A DNA stretch of 64,000 bases from Candidatus Moraniibacteriota bacterium (GCA_016699425.1 CP064975.1:66979-130978), one strand, 5' to 3'; shown: positions 9,451 through 19,946, counted from the stretch's first letter. The notes: generated from the letters alone by a model not told the origin. Made by a program: numbers and translations.

Positions 9451-10452
9451 ATGTTCGAATCGATAAACACGAATAAAATCAAAGGTACCGCCGGTAGCAT
9501 AGAGCTTCCAAATCAAGGAGGCAGAAACGTGACACCGGAAAGTCTGTGCAAGCAGCAATTTCCGACAGTGAAGCCTGAAAATCAGGCGGGAGAAGACACG
9601 GAGAGGATTCAGGCGTTGCTGGCGGGACTCTCTCGTCCGGAGTTTCTGTCTTTGGAATCGCCAGAAGGTACTCAACGAAGAAATGAACAAGAACAAACAT
9701 TGCGGTTGCTGTTCGAGAGGTTGAGTACAGAGAATCCTATTCGAAAAGCGGAAAGAAAGGTATCCATCGGAACGGGGCGGGACAAAATATTTGAAGGTGA
9801 GAAACTTGTTCAAACCAGAGACTTCGCTGTAGGTAGTGAACAGCCACTTATGGTCAGAGAGGAAGAGTTTGTGGTAGATGGAGAAACACATACACGGGTC
9901 GCCTTATGCAGCCAAACTGGTGAAAAGCTGTATGTTGATAACTTACTCCCTGAGGGAGTCCAGTTTCGCCCAGGTATCACTGGGCAAGGCGAGGAGACAG
10001 AGAGGTATTTTCAGTATGGTAACCCAGAGAGAGGCCATAAGGAGCACGTTGTGTACTATGGGGATATCGATACGCCGGAAGGGGTGTATGCATTGTTTCA
10101 TGAGGTTGGTCATGCTTGGAACGATGCAGCAGGACTTCCTTCCGGTCCGGACGGCATGACAGTACGGGCGACATTTGGAAGGCTGGCTGACAAGATCTTC
10201 AAGACTCATTTTGAAAGAAATGATGCTGAAGCTCAGATGCTCGAAGAGAGGGACGCGAGTGCACACGCGCTGCGTGCTCTGCGCGCCCTCCGTGATGCGG
10301 GGTACCCACTACAGGAAGCGACTTCAGCCCGGGTAGGTGATTATATCCAGGAATGTCTGAAAACATATCAAGATTCAGATGAAGAGTTTGGGAATACCGA
10401 ACGACTGAAACCGCGGAGGAGCTTCGTCTCAGGTCGGAGGAAACAGCTGTAA
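9451..10452 (+). CDS. hypothetical protein with HExxH metallopeptidase-like motif
   Basis: ALFHEVGHAWND is present; no signal peptide; otherwise an orphan. Confidence 0.55.
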   Translation: MFESINTNKIKGTAGSIELPNQGGRNVTPESLCKQQFPTVKPENQAGEDTERIQALLAGLSRPEFLSLESPEGTQRRNEQEQTLRLLFERLSTENPIRKAERKVSIGTGRDKIFEGEKLVQTRDFAVGSEQPLMVREEEFVVDGETHTRVALCSQTGEKLYVDNLLPEGVQFRPGITGQGEETERYFQYGNPERGHKEHVVYYGDIDTPEGVYALFHEVGHAWNDAAGLPSGPDGMTVRATFGRLADKIFKTHFERNDAEAQMLEERDASAHALRALRALRDAGYPLQEATSARVGDYIQECLKTYQDSDEEFGNTERLKPRRSFVSGRRKQL

Positions 10453-10459
10453 CTCGCGT

Positions 10460-11143
10460 ATGGATGAAGACATGAAAGGGACGCTCTACGTCGTCGGAAC
10501 ACCGATCGGGAATCTCGGTGATATCACGCTGCGGGCGATCGAGACACTCAAGTCTGTGGATTTCGTCTTGGCGGAAGATACGCGCGTGACGAAAAAGCTC
10601 CTATTGAAGTATGAGATCGCGGTCTCGGTGTATTCGGCGCACGAACACACCGAGGTGAAGAAGCTGGAATCATTCCTCGGGCGAATCGAAGACGGCGAGA
10701 GTGCTGCGGTCGTCACTGATGCTGGGACGCCGGGGCTATCGGATCCGGGGAATGTGCTCGTGTCGCTTGCGATCGCTCGGGGTATCGCAGTCGTGCCCAT
10801 CCCGGGCGTGTCCGCGCTCGCGGCACTCGTCTCGGTCGCCGGGATTGATATGCGGGAATTCGTCTTCCTCGGTTTCCCACCGCACAAGAAAGGACGCGAG
10901 ACGTATTTCAAACGGGTGGCGGCGAGCGAGGTTCCGGTCATATACTATGAGTCACCGCATCGGTTCATGAAGAATCTGGAACTGCTCCAGTCACTTGCGC
11001 CAGAAAAGCGCCTCATCATCGGCCGTGAGCTGACAAAAGTGTATGAGGAAATCGTCCGGGGAAACGTGGCCGAGGTGATCGCTTATTTTGCCGAGCGGCC
11101 AGCAAAAGTAAAGGGGGAGTTTACCATCATCGCTTACGCTTGA
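10460..11143 (+). CDS. rsmI: 16S rRNA (cytidine1402-2'-O)-methyltransferase
   Basis: LYVVGTPIGNLGDITLRAIETLKSVDFVLAEDTR is the typical RsmI/tetrapyrrole-methylase-fold N-terminus. Confidence 0.9.
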   Translation: MDEDMKGTLYVVGTPIGNLGDITLRAIETLKSVDFVLAEDTRVTKKLLLKYEIAVSVYSAHEHTEVKKLESFLGRIEDGESAAVVTDAGTPGLSDPGNVLVSLAIARGIAVVPIPGVSALAALVSVAGIDMREFVFLGFPPHKKGRETYFKRVAASEVPVIYYESPHRFMKNLELLQSLAPEKRLIIGRELTKVYEEIVRGNVAEVIAYFAERPAKVKGEFTIIAYA

Positions 11144-11499
11144 AGCCTATGGACCTGATCAACAAAAAATGTGTACCGTGCGAAGGGGGAGTAGATCCGC
11201 TCTCTTCGGAAGTGATTGCTACGTACCTAGCGGTCGTGGAGGGGTGGACGAATGAAGCCGACAAGAAGATTCATAAGGATTATGTTTTCAAGGATTTTGC
11301 GGAAGCGCTCACCTTCGTCAATCAGGTCGGCGCTATCGCCGAAGCAGAGGGGCATCACCCGGATATTTTGCTTCACGGCTGGAAGGAAGTAAGACTCACG
11401 CTTTTCACCCATGCCATCCAGGGACTCCACCTGAACGACTTCGTGCTCGCATCCAAGATCGACGCGATGTGGAAAAAGGACTTCGAAAAGAGTGTATAA
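11140..11499 (+). CDS. pterin-4a-carbinolamine dehydratase (PCD/DCoH)
   Basis: EGHHPD active-site motif and the right size; the start overlaps the rsmI stop (ATGA). Confidence 0.85.
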   Translation: MKPMDLINKKCVPCEGGVDPLSSEVIATYLAVVEGWTNEADKKIHKDYVFKDFAEALTFVNQVGAIAEAEGHHPDILLHGWKEVRLTLFTHAIQGLHLNDFVLASKIDAMWKKDFEKSV

Positions 11500-11527
11500 A
11501 AGGGTGTGATCGGTCGGTGGAAAGTTT

Positions 11528-11559
11528 CGAAGCCCGAGTACGCAATGCGTATCGGGCTT
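11528..11559 (+). terminator. strong hairpin (near-perfect 15-bp stem) downstream of PCD gene
   Basis: GAAGCCCGAGTACGCAATGCGTATCGGGCTTC; no T-run follows, so intrinsic-terminator status is uncertain. Confidence 0.35.
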
Positions 11560-11918
11560 CGGGTTGTGGGACGACAGTCGACTACTTCCTCGGGCCGAGG
11601 ACGGCGTTCGCGAGACCGTCATTTGCCAAAGTGCAGCTCCCACCAGTGCTGCAATCAATGGACAGTAGCAGGTAGAAACTGCCCACTACGATTGCGACCC
11701 CCAGGGTGACGAACAATGTCCCCCCGTGGTCGTACCAGAACATCCTGATACGACGATATTTGATACCATGGTATCGCATTCTACACCCCTTGTGAGTTGC
11801 TAGCCGTTCAGCTAGCTGGTTGGAAATAACAACAAACCATACCAGTATACATCATAGTGACCGGAAAGTCAAGGATGCTATACTGAAAGGGTCTGAATAA
11901 GCCATTTATTGCCTCAGG

Positions 11919-12329
11919 ATGCAATTTTATCTCGCAGTAAAAGGGATTGTCCGGAATGCAGCAGGAGAAATCCTCGTTGTGAAGCGCAGTGACCAGGATG
12001 ATCATCTGCCTGGTGTCTGGGAGACCGTCGGCGGGGGCGTCGACCATGAAGAGACGCCACAGCAAGCGCTCGAGCGGGAAATCATGGAAGAAGCGGGTAT
12101 CAAGGTTAGGATAAGCGAGCCCTTCAATGTCTTCACGTTTCGCAAGGATACCGGCGAGTTCAAGGTCGGGATCACCTTCCTCTGCGACACTGATGACACG
12201 GTGGTCACGCTCTCCGAAGAGCATAGTGAATACCGGTGGATCCGGCCGTCAACATTTAAGGACCTGGAATCAATCCCGTCGCTCTATCAAGAAATCGCTC
12301 TCTACGCACAAAAATATGCCGGGAAGTGA
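11919..12329 (+). CDS. NUDIX hydrolase
   Basis: Nudix box GGGVDHEETPQQALEREIMEEAGI (Gx5Ex7REUxEExGU). Confidence 0.85.
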   Translation: MQFYLAVKGIVRNAAGEILVVKRSDQDDHLPGVWETVGGGVDHEETPQQALEREIMEEAGIKVRISEPFNVFTFRKDTGEFKVGITFLCDTDDTVVTLSEEHSEYRWIRPSTFKDLESIPSLYQEIALYAQKYAGK

Positions 12330-12603
12330 AAGTTCAAGCAGCTTCCATTATGTCTATGTGTTGAGAAATATAGCGAAGAAATTTGTTTATGTTGGTGTGA
12401 CGAGTGACTTAAGGCGTCGATTGACAGAACATAATGAAAGCAAGGTGTTTTCGACAAAGCCATACGTACCTCTGAAGCTGATATACTATGAAGCATGTTG
12501 CGAAGGAAAGGATGCGTTGCGTCGTGAAAAGTATCTCAAAACCAGTCAAGGTGCTCGCTTATTGAGAAGGCGCCTGAAAGAATATTTCTACAATAATACT
12601 TGA
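12317..12603 (+). CDS. GIY-YIG domain nuclease family protein
   Basis: YVYVLRN...FVYVGVTSDLRRRLTEHN is the canonical GIY-YIG motif; the start was set to ATG at 12317 inside ORF 12127..12603, overlapping the Nudix stop by 13 nt. Confidence 0.75.
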
Positions 12604-12619
12604 ACTTCTACTTCCCGGT

Positions 12620-14059
12620 ATGCCCAAGCCATTTTTCATCACTACCGCCATTGATTATGTGAATGCGGCACCCCATGTCGGGCATGCCGTGGAGAAAGTG
12701 CTGACCGATGTTGTAGCGCGCTATCAAGTGCTCCAACGCGGAAAAGAGGATGTGTATTTCCTCACGGGTTCGGACGAGAACAGTCTGAAGAATGTCCAAG
12801 CAGCTGAGCGAGTGGGGCGACCAGTTGCGGAGTTTGTCGCAGAGAATGCCGAGAGTTTCAAGGCACTCGCTGGTTCGCTCGATCTCTCCTTTGACCAGTT
12901 TATTCGCACAACTGAACCGCGGCATTTTGAGGGGGCGAAAAAAATGTGGAATGCGTTCAAGAAAGAAGATTTATATTTGAAGAAGTACAGTGGCCTCTAC
13001 TGTGTCGGCTGCGAAGAATTCAAAATGGAGAAGGATCTCGTTGACGGTCTCTGTCCCGATCATAAGGTTGCGCCGGAAGTAGTAGAGGAAGAGAATTGGT
13101 TTTTCAAGCTCTCAAACTACGCTGATAGATTGCTTGCACTGATTGAGAGTGGTGAACTGAAGATCTATCCCGATTATCGGAAGAACGAAGTCGTATCGTT
13201 CATCAAGATGGGACTGGAGGATTTCTCGATCTCGCGTTCGGTCGCGCGGGCTAAAGGCTGGGGCGTCCCGGTGCCGGGTGACGAGAGTCAGATCATGTAT
13301 GTGTGGGTGGATGCCCTGTCCAACTACATCACGGCGCTCGATTATGCGACAGATGGCGAACTGTACAAAAAATTCTGGACGAGTGATTCCGAGCGCGTGC
13401 ATGTCATCGGCAAAGGCATCCTCCGTTTCCATGCGATCTATTGGCCAGCGATGCTCCTGTCGGCCGGACTGCCGCTCCCGACGACGATCTATGCCCACGA
13501 GTACCTGACGATCAATGGGCAAAAGATGTCGAAGACGCTCGGTAACGTCATCTATCCCGACGAGCTCGTGGAGAAATTCGGCGTCGACGGGACGCGCTAC
13601 CTCCTCCTCACCGCGTTGCCGTACTCAAAAGATGGCGATTTGTCCTGGGAGAAAATGACCGAGAAGTATAATGCCGACCTGGCGAATGGTCTCGGCAATC
13701 TTGTCTCGCGCGTGATGAAGCTTTCTGAGAAGCTCGAGGTTTCTTTTTCTGTAGAAGATGATTTCGGAACGAAAGAAACATCGGATCTTCTTGAAGAATT
13801 TCGAGTGGCTGATGCGTTGGCGCATATCTGGACTTATATTGCCGTCCTTAACCGTTCAATAGATGAGAATAAGCCCTGGGAACTCGTTAAGACTGATTAC
13901 AAAAAGTTTGAGAGTAATCATCTCGTTTTGATGCAGGAAATCTACAAGATAGCAGTATTGCTCAGGCCATTCCTCCCATCAACATCAGAAAAAATTGAAA
14001 CTGCACTCAAGACGGGGAAAGTTGAACCGTTGTTTCAGCGGATCAAGACTGAAAAATGA
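12620..14059 (+). CDS. metG: methionine--tRNA ligase (short form)
   Basis: HIGH motif (HVGHA), KMSKS motif (QKMSKT), Cys knuckle CVGCEEF...CPDH, and the ENWFFKLS motif. Confidence 0.9.
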   Translation: MPKPFFITTAIDYVNAAPHVGHAVEKVLTDVVARYQVLQRGKEDVYFLTGSDENSLKNVQAAERVGRPVAEFVAENAESFKALAGSLDLSFDQFIRTTEPRHFEGAKKMWNAFKKEDLYLKKYSGLYCVGCEEFKMEKDLVDGLCPDHKVAPEVVEEENWFFKLSNYADRLLALIESGELKIYPDYRKNEVVSFIKMGLEDFSISRSVARAKGWGVPVPGDESQIMYVWVDALSNYITALDYATDGELYKKFWTSDSERVHVIGKGILRFHAIYWPAMLLSAGLPLPTTIYAHEYLTINGQKMSKTLGNVIYPDELVEKFGVDGTRYLLLTALPYSKDGDLSWEKMTEKYNADLANGLGNLVSRVMKLSEKLEVSFSVEDDFGTKETSDLLEEFRVADALAHIWTYIAVLNRSIDENKPWELVKTDYKKFESNHLVLMQEIYKIAVLLRPFLPSTSEKIETALKTGKVEPLFQRIKTEK

Positions 14060-14068
14060 GTATGACTA

Positions 14069-15739
14069 TTGTCGCGACGGATATCGAGAATATCGACAAG
14101 GAGCTGCGGGAAGCCGTGGCTGAATTCCGGCGCGACATGGGTGCACTGCGAAAACAGCGCGCAGATCTCGAACACGAGTGGACGAGCGCAGTCGATGAGA
14201 GAGCGGCAACGGATATCTTACAAAAAATACATGGAACGACAGAAGCCTGAGAATAGTTCTTCTCAGGAACAATTAAGCCCAAGGCTGGAAATAGCATCGA
14301 AGGAGATATCCGCTATCGAGACGGTCCGGCGGGTGAATGCTGCTTTCAAAGATGCAGAGGGGTCAGCGGATTTGCATGATTCGCAAGCGGCAGAGGAGGA
14401 GATGCTGCGGAATACGCGGGAATACGGCGCACGGGCCGGAGTATCGAAAGAGACGCTGAGAAGTGTCGACGAAGAAATCGGTCTCGTAGGGAAGCTTGCG
14501 GAGATCAGGAAGCAGGAAGAAGGTGCCCTCGCTCGTTTCCGTCAGAAGCTGCAGAAGCTCGCTGGCCCGCTCGCTGGTATGGCGATGATGATGCCCAATG
14601 CTGCTGGTGCTGGTGAGAGGGTCGAGGCGCCGAGTGCGTATGTGCAACTCGAACCGGAGAGGCAGCCTGATATACCTGATCGAGGGACTGAGTCAGTAGT
14701 GGCGGGTGACTCTGGCAATGAGGTAGTCCTACCAAATGAGTTCGCTCCGGTTGGTAAGGATGTTGAAGAGACGAAGGGGGAGGGGAAGACAGCCGTGGTC
14801 CTGGGGGGAGAACAAGAAACGGAGGCTCTGGAGTCGAGACAGCGCGATGCAAAGTACGCATTTGAACAGGAGTTTCGTGATGGAACGTTTTCCAACGAAG
14901 AGGAAGTGCTAGCACTTCTCCACAAGGCAGCCCGTGAGTTTGATAACGAGTTTTTTTCTATGTATGCGATCAAACCGGATGGAAGGGTTGAAATCGTATC
15001 AGCAACATTCATAGGGAAATACGGTGGTACACTCCCGGATCGGAATGAAAACATGAGAATGTCGAGGACAAAGAATCAAAAAATACTGTTGGCACATACG
15101 CATCCGATCAGTTCGGCCGAGTCTCTCGATCTTGAGAAGTCGCACGAAAAGGCATTTCAGCGCATGCCTCCCAGTCTGGTGGATATTCGGGCAGCCTCCG
15201 AATTGTCTTGGCTTGATAGATATGATGACCCTCGGGCGTCAGAGGGAATAGAAAGGGGTGGGCAGATCTCGGATCCGACGGAAGGGGTGGTTGTCGATGG
15301 GGAAGGTGTCTGGAAGTATCGAGTTGATTTTTTCCATCCGTATCTGCAGGAACAGCGGAAAGCAGCGGTTGAAGAGGCGGTAAAAATGAATGCGGTACAG
15401 CAAACAATATCACAAGAGAGGGGAGGTGCTGCGGTTGATGCAGAAAGGGTGAGGAAGTACTATGCACAGATTGTTATTCCTGATGAAACGATTGCTCGGA
15501 GACTCCTAAAAGATATCCCAAAAAATATCCAAAGAGATTTCGCTTCCGTGTCGCACGCGAGAATGGCGGGGACAGGTTCCGATGAAGGTTTCGGATATGA
15601 ATATACCAATGAACAGGTCAAGGTCGGCAACGCGAAACCGGAAGAGAGAGAAAAGGCAACGGAGGATTTTATTCTCTGGTGTCGGGAAAGAGGTATAGAG
15701 ATAACGTTCACCCCCTTTGAAAAGAAAGTAACAGAATAA
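14069..15739 (+). CDS. hypothetical protein (coiled-coil N-terminal half, His-rich motif in C-terminal half)
   Basis: Long ORF whose start is uncertain (see finding on 14056..14250); the C-terminal half contains LLAHTHPISSAESLD. Confidence 0.55.
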   Translation: MSRRISRISTRSCGKPWLNSGATWVHCENSAQISNTSGRAQSMRERQRISYKKYMERQKPENSSSQEQLSPRLEIASKEISAIETVRRVNAAFKDAEGSADLHDSQAAEEEMLRNTREYGARAGVSKETLRSVDEEIGLVGKLAEIRKQEEGALARFRQKLQKLAGPLAGMAMMMPNAAGAGERVEAPSAYVQLEPERQPDIPDRGTESVVAGDSGNEVVLPNEFAPVGKDVEETKGEGKTAVVLGGEQETEALESRQRDAKYAFEQEFRDGTFSNEEEVLALLHKAAREFDNEFFSMYAIKPDGRVEIVSATFIGKYGGTLPDRNENMRMSRTKNQKILLAHTHPISSAESLDLEKSHEKAFQRMPPSLVDIRAASELSWLDRYDDPRASEGIERGGQISDPTEGVVVDGEGVWKYRVDFFHPYLQEQRKAAVEEAVKMNAVQQTISQERGGAAVDAERVRKYYAQIVIPDETIARRLLKDIPKNIQRDFASVSHARMAGTGSDEGFGYEYTNEQVKVGNAKPEEREKATEDFILWCRERGIEITFTPFEKKVTE

Positions 15740-15759
15740 GTTGCAGCGGAGGTAACTAT

Positions 15760-16608
15760 ATGTACGATATCCACACTCATCTCTACATGCCGCAGTATGA
15801 CGTGGATCGCGACGCGGTGATCGCACGCGCCCGGGCGGCGGGGATTGATGGCATGTTTGCGATCGGCTGTACGGTCGAGGAAAGCCGGCAGTGTGTCGCG
15901 CTGGCCGAGGAACACCCCGAGATCTTTGCCTCTGTCGGTATCCATCCGCATGAGTTTCTTGCAGATGAATCAAGAATGAAGAATCAGGAATTTTGGTTAC
16001 CAGAGCTGAGAGAATTGGCCCGACATCCAAAAGTGATAGCAATCGGGGAGTGCGGGTTGGATTATTTCGGGCGTGAAAACCCGGTAACGGAGGAGGTGAA
16101 GGGGAGACAGAGGGACGGGTTTCTGTTGCAGCTTGATCTGGCGCAGGAATGCAAACTACCTGTCATCATCCATTGTCGCGATGCCTATGGTGATCTTTTT
16201 GATATTCTTTCCGATTCGAAATTTCAGAATCAAGATTTGAGATTCATCCTGCACTGCTACATGGGCGATACCGAAGCGACAAAGCAGTTCCTGGAGCTGC
16301 CCAATGTCTACTTTTCTTTTACGGGGAATATCACCTATCCAGTAAAAGCGATTGTGGCTGGGACGAAAGACGATCTCCGTGAGACGGTGAAGCTTATCCC
16401 GCTCGACCGGCTACTCATCGAGACGGATTGCCCATTTCTCGCGCCGCAGACGAAACGCGGGGAGCGCAATGAGCCGGCGTATGTGTCGTATGTCAGTGAA
16501 GCAGTGGCGAAACTGCATGGCGAGGACCAGACTGTCGTAGAGATGAAGACCCGAGAGAATGTAAGGTGCGTTTTCGGAAAGATGACTGACCAGGTATACT
16601 ACAAATAG
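15760..16608 (+). CDS. tatD: TatD family metal-dependent hydrolase
   Basis: HTHL at the N-terminus, GECGLDY, HCRDA and DCPFLAP motifs. Confidence 0.85.
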   Translation: MYDIHTHLYMPQYDVDRDAVIARARAAGIDGMFAIGCTVEESRQCVALAEEHPEIFASVGIHPHEFLADESRMKNQEFWLPELRELARHPKVIAIGECGLDYFGRENPVTEEVKGRQRDGFLLQLDLAQECKLPVIIHCRDAYGDLFDILSDSKFQNQDLRFILHCYMGDTEATKQFLELPNVYFSFTGNITYPVKAIVAGTKDDLRETVKLIPLDRLLIETDCPFLAPQTKRGERNEPAYVSYVSEAVAKLHGEDQTVVEMKTRENVRCVFGKMTDQVYYK

Positions 16609-16621
16609 TTAACGCAACGCT

Positions 16622-17179
16622 ATGAGCTTGTTTGAGTCTGTTTTCGGTAAGGAGAAAGTGGTTGAGGTAGGAGGGTTGGAGGGTCAGGTCTTGGAGGATC
16701 GGACCGCTACGGACGAAACAAAACCAGAGGACCCAGTAGTCCTCGGTTTGCCGCTTGTGACGGTTGAGGCTTCGTTGAATGAGGATGGTTTCCGGGCGGA
16801 TGCGCCGATCAGTTATGGTACGAATCATGTAGGATCGGGTAGGATCACTCCGGATGATGAATCTGCTCACGCGGGCGATGGTCCGGGAGCGCTCCATCTC
16901 AATTTGCCGCCTCTCAGCGCATCAGCTGGGGCACCAGCGGTTGATCCGAATCAGCCCCCCAATGGCAGTATCGATGGCCCCCTGGACGATTTGTACATCA
17001 CTAAGGGGAGGGGAACTATGGGTACCGAGAGTCCGAATCATTTCCAGCAGATGTTGCGGGCGGAAGAGCTCGGGGAAGTGTATCGGGGTACGTCCGATGA
17101 GCTCCAGCTTCCATTGCCGTCTGCGAAAGAGATGATTCATCTGAGAGGTCGAGATACGGGAGTAACTCATTCAGCTTGA
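16622..17179 (+). CDS. hypothetical protein (Gly/Pro-rich, likely disordered)
   Basis: ORF only; no recognizable domain. Confidence 0.4.
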   Translation: MSLFESVFGKEKVVEVGGLEGQVLEDRTATDETKPEDPVVLGLPLVTVEASLNEDGFRADAPISYGTNHVGSGRITPDDESAHAGDGPGALHLNLPPLSASAGAPAVDPNQPPNGSIDGPLDDLYITKGRGTMGTESPNHFQQMLRAEELGEVYRGTSDELQLPLPSAKEMIHLRGRDTGVTHSA

Positions 17180-17226
17180 AGGAGCCGTGATACGGTGAGA
17201 GTGCATAATTTGTTGAAAAAAATCGT

Positions 17227-17634
17227 ATGTTCAAAGAATGGTTCAAAAAATCCGATACATCTGTAATAGCGCCGCAGACAGAGCTACCACCGGAATTATC
17301 GCGAGCGCAGGGAGCAGTGGAAGAAGGGATCTATCGGGGGGACCTGTCAGCCCCTACTGGAAAAGGCTTCGACGCGACACCTCTTACACAACAGGCAGAA
17401 CGGGAGTCGCAGACGGGTGGTTCGATATATGCGCTTCCCAATGCATCGCATGATGATTGGCAGGGTGGGAGGGTGGAGCAAGTCTCTGCCGCACCCGGGA
17501 CCGCGGAGGAAGACGCGACCGCTGAACAAGAGAAACTCCTCCACAGTATCAAACAGATGCAGACCGATCATCCAGAGAGTTTCGAGAAACCTGCGGCGCG
17601 TCCGGGAGAGTCTGACGAGCGACAGGCTGCGTAA
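17227..17634 (+). CDS. hypothetical acidic protein
   Basis: ORF only; no recognizable domain. Confidence 0.4.
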   Translation: MFKEWFKKSDTSVIAPQTELPPELSRAQGAVEEGIYRGDLSAPTGKGFDATPLTQQAERESQTGGSIYALPNASHDDWQGGRVEQVSAAPGTAEEDATAEQEKLLHSIKQMQTDHPESFEKPAARPGESDERQAA

Positions 17635-17743
17635 CTTAGAAACACCATCTCGGACCTTTTCTCGCTTTGAGGACGACTTACCCGGCGGTGCGGAGATGAG
17701 CTAATTGACGTATCGCTCGTTCGCCATTAGACTAGAAGCGCTT

Positions 17744-17768
17744 AAAAAGAAGGGCAATCCTTCTTTTT
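17744..17768. terminator. bidirectional intrinsic-terminator-like hairpin
   Basis: AAAAAGAAGG-gcaat-CCTTCTTTTT is a perfect 10-bp stem flanked by an A-run and a T-run, 19 nt upstream of atpB. Confidence 0.55.
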
Positions 17769-17786
17769 GCGTATCCAATTCAGATT

Positions 17787-18539
17787 ATGGAAATCTCTAT
17801 TGCCGCGGAAAAACTTTTCTCGTTTGGCACCTTTCCGGTGACGAATGCTTTTCTCATCGGAGCGATTGTCTCAGGGGCGCTTATGCTCTTCACTCGTCGT
17901 ATCGTCGAACACTGGAAAGAGGTCCCGCGGGGTGCACAAAATGTCCTCGAGATCATCGTCGAATCACTCCTCGACCTGGTTCAGTCGGTGACTGTTGACC
18001 GGAAACAGGCGCTACAGTTCTTTCCGTTGATCGCGACCATTTTCCTGTTTGTGCTGTGTTCGAATTGGGCGGGACTCCTCCCGGGGCTCGGCACAGTCGG
18101 TCTCACTCATGGCGAGGCTGGCCATGCGACTATCATCCCGTTTCTCCGGAGCACATCGGCAGACCTGAACTTCACTCTCGCTCTCTCGCTCATCACCGTC
18201 CTCACAATCCAATTCACCGGTATCGCAGCGATGGGTATCGTGAAATATGGTCAGAAGTTTTTCGTTAGTCCGCTTCACAAGCCATACGGTATCGGGACCG
18301 CTGTCGGTATCCTGGAGCTCGTGTCGGAAGTCGGCAAGACCATTTCGTTTACCTTTCGTCTCTTTGGCAATGTGTTTGCGGGTGAAGTGCTTCTGACTGT
18401 CATGCTCCACCTGGTGCCGTATTTTCTGCCGCTCCCATTCCTTTTCCTCGAGATTTTCGTCGGCTTCATCCAGGCGGTCGTGTTCGCGATGCTCACGCTT
18501 GTCTTCTTGAAGATGGCGACGATTCCACCGGAGCACTGA
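17787..18539 (+). CDS. atpB: F0F1 ATP synthase subunit a
   Basis: RLFGNVFAGE motif and multi-TM topology. Confidence 0.9.
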   Translation: MEISIAAEKLFSFGTFPVTNAFLIGAIVSGALMLFTRRIVEHWKEVPRGAQNVLEIIVESLLDLVQSVTVDRKQALQFFPLIATIFLFVLCSNWAGLLPGLGTVGLTHGEAGHATIIPFLRSTSADLNFTLALSLITVLTIQFTGIAAMGIVKYGQKFFVSPLHKPYGIGTAVGILELVSEVGKTISFTFRLFGNVFAGEVLLTVMLHLVPYFLPLPFLFLEIFVGFIQAVVFAMLTLVFLKMATIPPEH

Positions 18540-18629
18540 AAATAATTGAGATTGGACAAGGTGTTTACTTTGGGGTAGACTGGAGGCGTTTTATTTCGTG
18601 TTTCACCCGAGGAAGATAACTCGTATTAA

Positions 18630-18869
<240 letters not shown>

Positions 18870-19037
18870 AATGTTTGTTTCGGCGCGCTGCCTCGTTCTG
18901 GTCTCCAGTGCTCGCCGCGGTACCTTTCTGTACCGCTTACTCTGCTCTTCGACCACGCCTTGCATCGCATCCGAAACACTCCATTTTTTCCCGGATTGAA
19001 AGTTATTGGGAGTGGGCCCTAAGTCGTCAGCTACTCT

Positions 19038-19532
19038 ATGGAAGTTCTCGCAAAACTCGGCATTGATTGGAAGCTCCTCATCGCTCAGGCGGTGAACTTC
19101 ATTGTGCTGCTTTGGGTCTTGCGTCGGTACGCGTATCGGCCGATCCTCCTCGCGCTCGAGGCACGGACGAAAAAGATTGAGCAGGGGCTTTCGGACGCAG
19201 CCCAGTCTCAGGTGAAACTTCAGGAGATTGTCGAAGAAGAGAAACGAGTCATGGCGGCTGCCCGGGAAGAGGCACGGGATATCCTCTCGAAGGCCGAAAC
19301 GAGTGCCAAAGAGCGCGATGCCCACATGCTCCGCGAGACGAAGGGTAAGATCGACAAAATGATCACTGAGGCGGATTCACATCTAGCCGAAGAAAAGGCA
19401 CGGCTCGTCCGAGAGGCAAAGGCCGAGATTTCTGATCTCGTTATCAAGGTAACGGAACGTGTCCTCGGAGATGTGGTGGATACTAAGATCGATACTCAAC
19501 TTGTCGAGCGATCCTTGAAGTCAGCTGAATAA
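19038..19532 (+). CDS. atpF: F0F1 ATP synthase subunit b
   Basis: N-terminal TM helix followed by a long charged coiled-coil, in the expected operon position. Confidence 0.85.
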   Translation: MEVLAKLGIDWKLLIAQAVNFIVLLWVLRRYAYRPILLALEARTKKIEQGLSDAAQSQVKLQEIVEEEKRVMAAAREEARDILSKAETSAKERDAHMLRETKGKIDKMITEADSHLAEEKARLVREAKAEISDLVIKVTERVLGDVVDTKIDTQLVERSLKSAE

Positions 19533-19537
19533 TACCT

Positions 19538-19936
19538 ATGCGAATTGTCGACGCACAACTTGCTCGGGCCGTCGGTGAACTCCACACTTCGGGACAGCTG
19601 AAGGGGAGTGACCTCGCCGCGGCCCTCGCTCAGTTCCTCCGTCGCCATCGGCTCGGTCGCCGGGCGGGCAAGATCAGTCGCACCCTCGAGGCACATGTCG
19701 CTGCTATGTCTGGCAATCTCTCTATCAAAGCGACCACCGCCCATCCATTGGATGCCTTGTGGCGGAAGCGTGTTACCGAAGAAGCGGCTCGCCTCTTGGG
19801 GAAGTCAGGGCAAGGTGTCGCGATCGAATTCCACGAAAATCCCGCGCTTATCGGCGGCCTTCGGTTAGAGACCGGCGATACACGCTATGACGGCTCAGTC
19901 TCCCGGGCGCTCAGAGAACTCCATAAATCATTGTGA
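19538..19936 (+). CDS. atpH: F0F1 ATP synthase subunit delta (short)
   Basis: C-terminal [21 protein letters not shown] matches the delta/OSCP signature; 132 aa is shorter than usual. Confidence 0.7.
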   Translation: MRIVDAQLARAVGELHTSGQLKGSDLAAALAQFLRRHRLGRRAGKISRTLEAHVAAMSGNLSIKATTAHPLDALWRKRVTEEAARLLGKSGQGVAIEFHENPALIGGLRLETGDTRYDGSVSRALRELHKSL

Positions 19937-19946
19937 CTTGCTTGCT

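Noticed and set aside
11582-11779. 65-aa minus-strand ORF with one TM helix in the pcd-Nudix intergenic region.
   Set aside because: No RBS, isolated on the minus strand, and overlaps a frame-1 + ORF; it could be real but there is insufficient support.
15060-15200. JAB/MPN (JAMM) metalloprotease motif in the 14069..15739 protein (HTHPISSAESLD).
   Set aside because: The spacing is H-x-H-P-x5-S-x-D rather than H-x-H-x7-S-x2-D, and no upstream Glu was identified, so only a weak note was kept.
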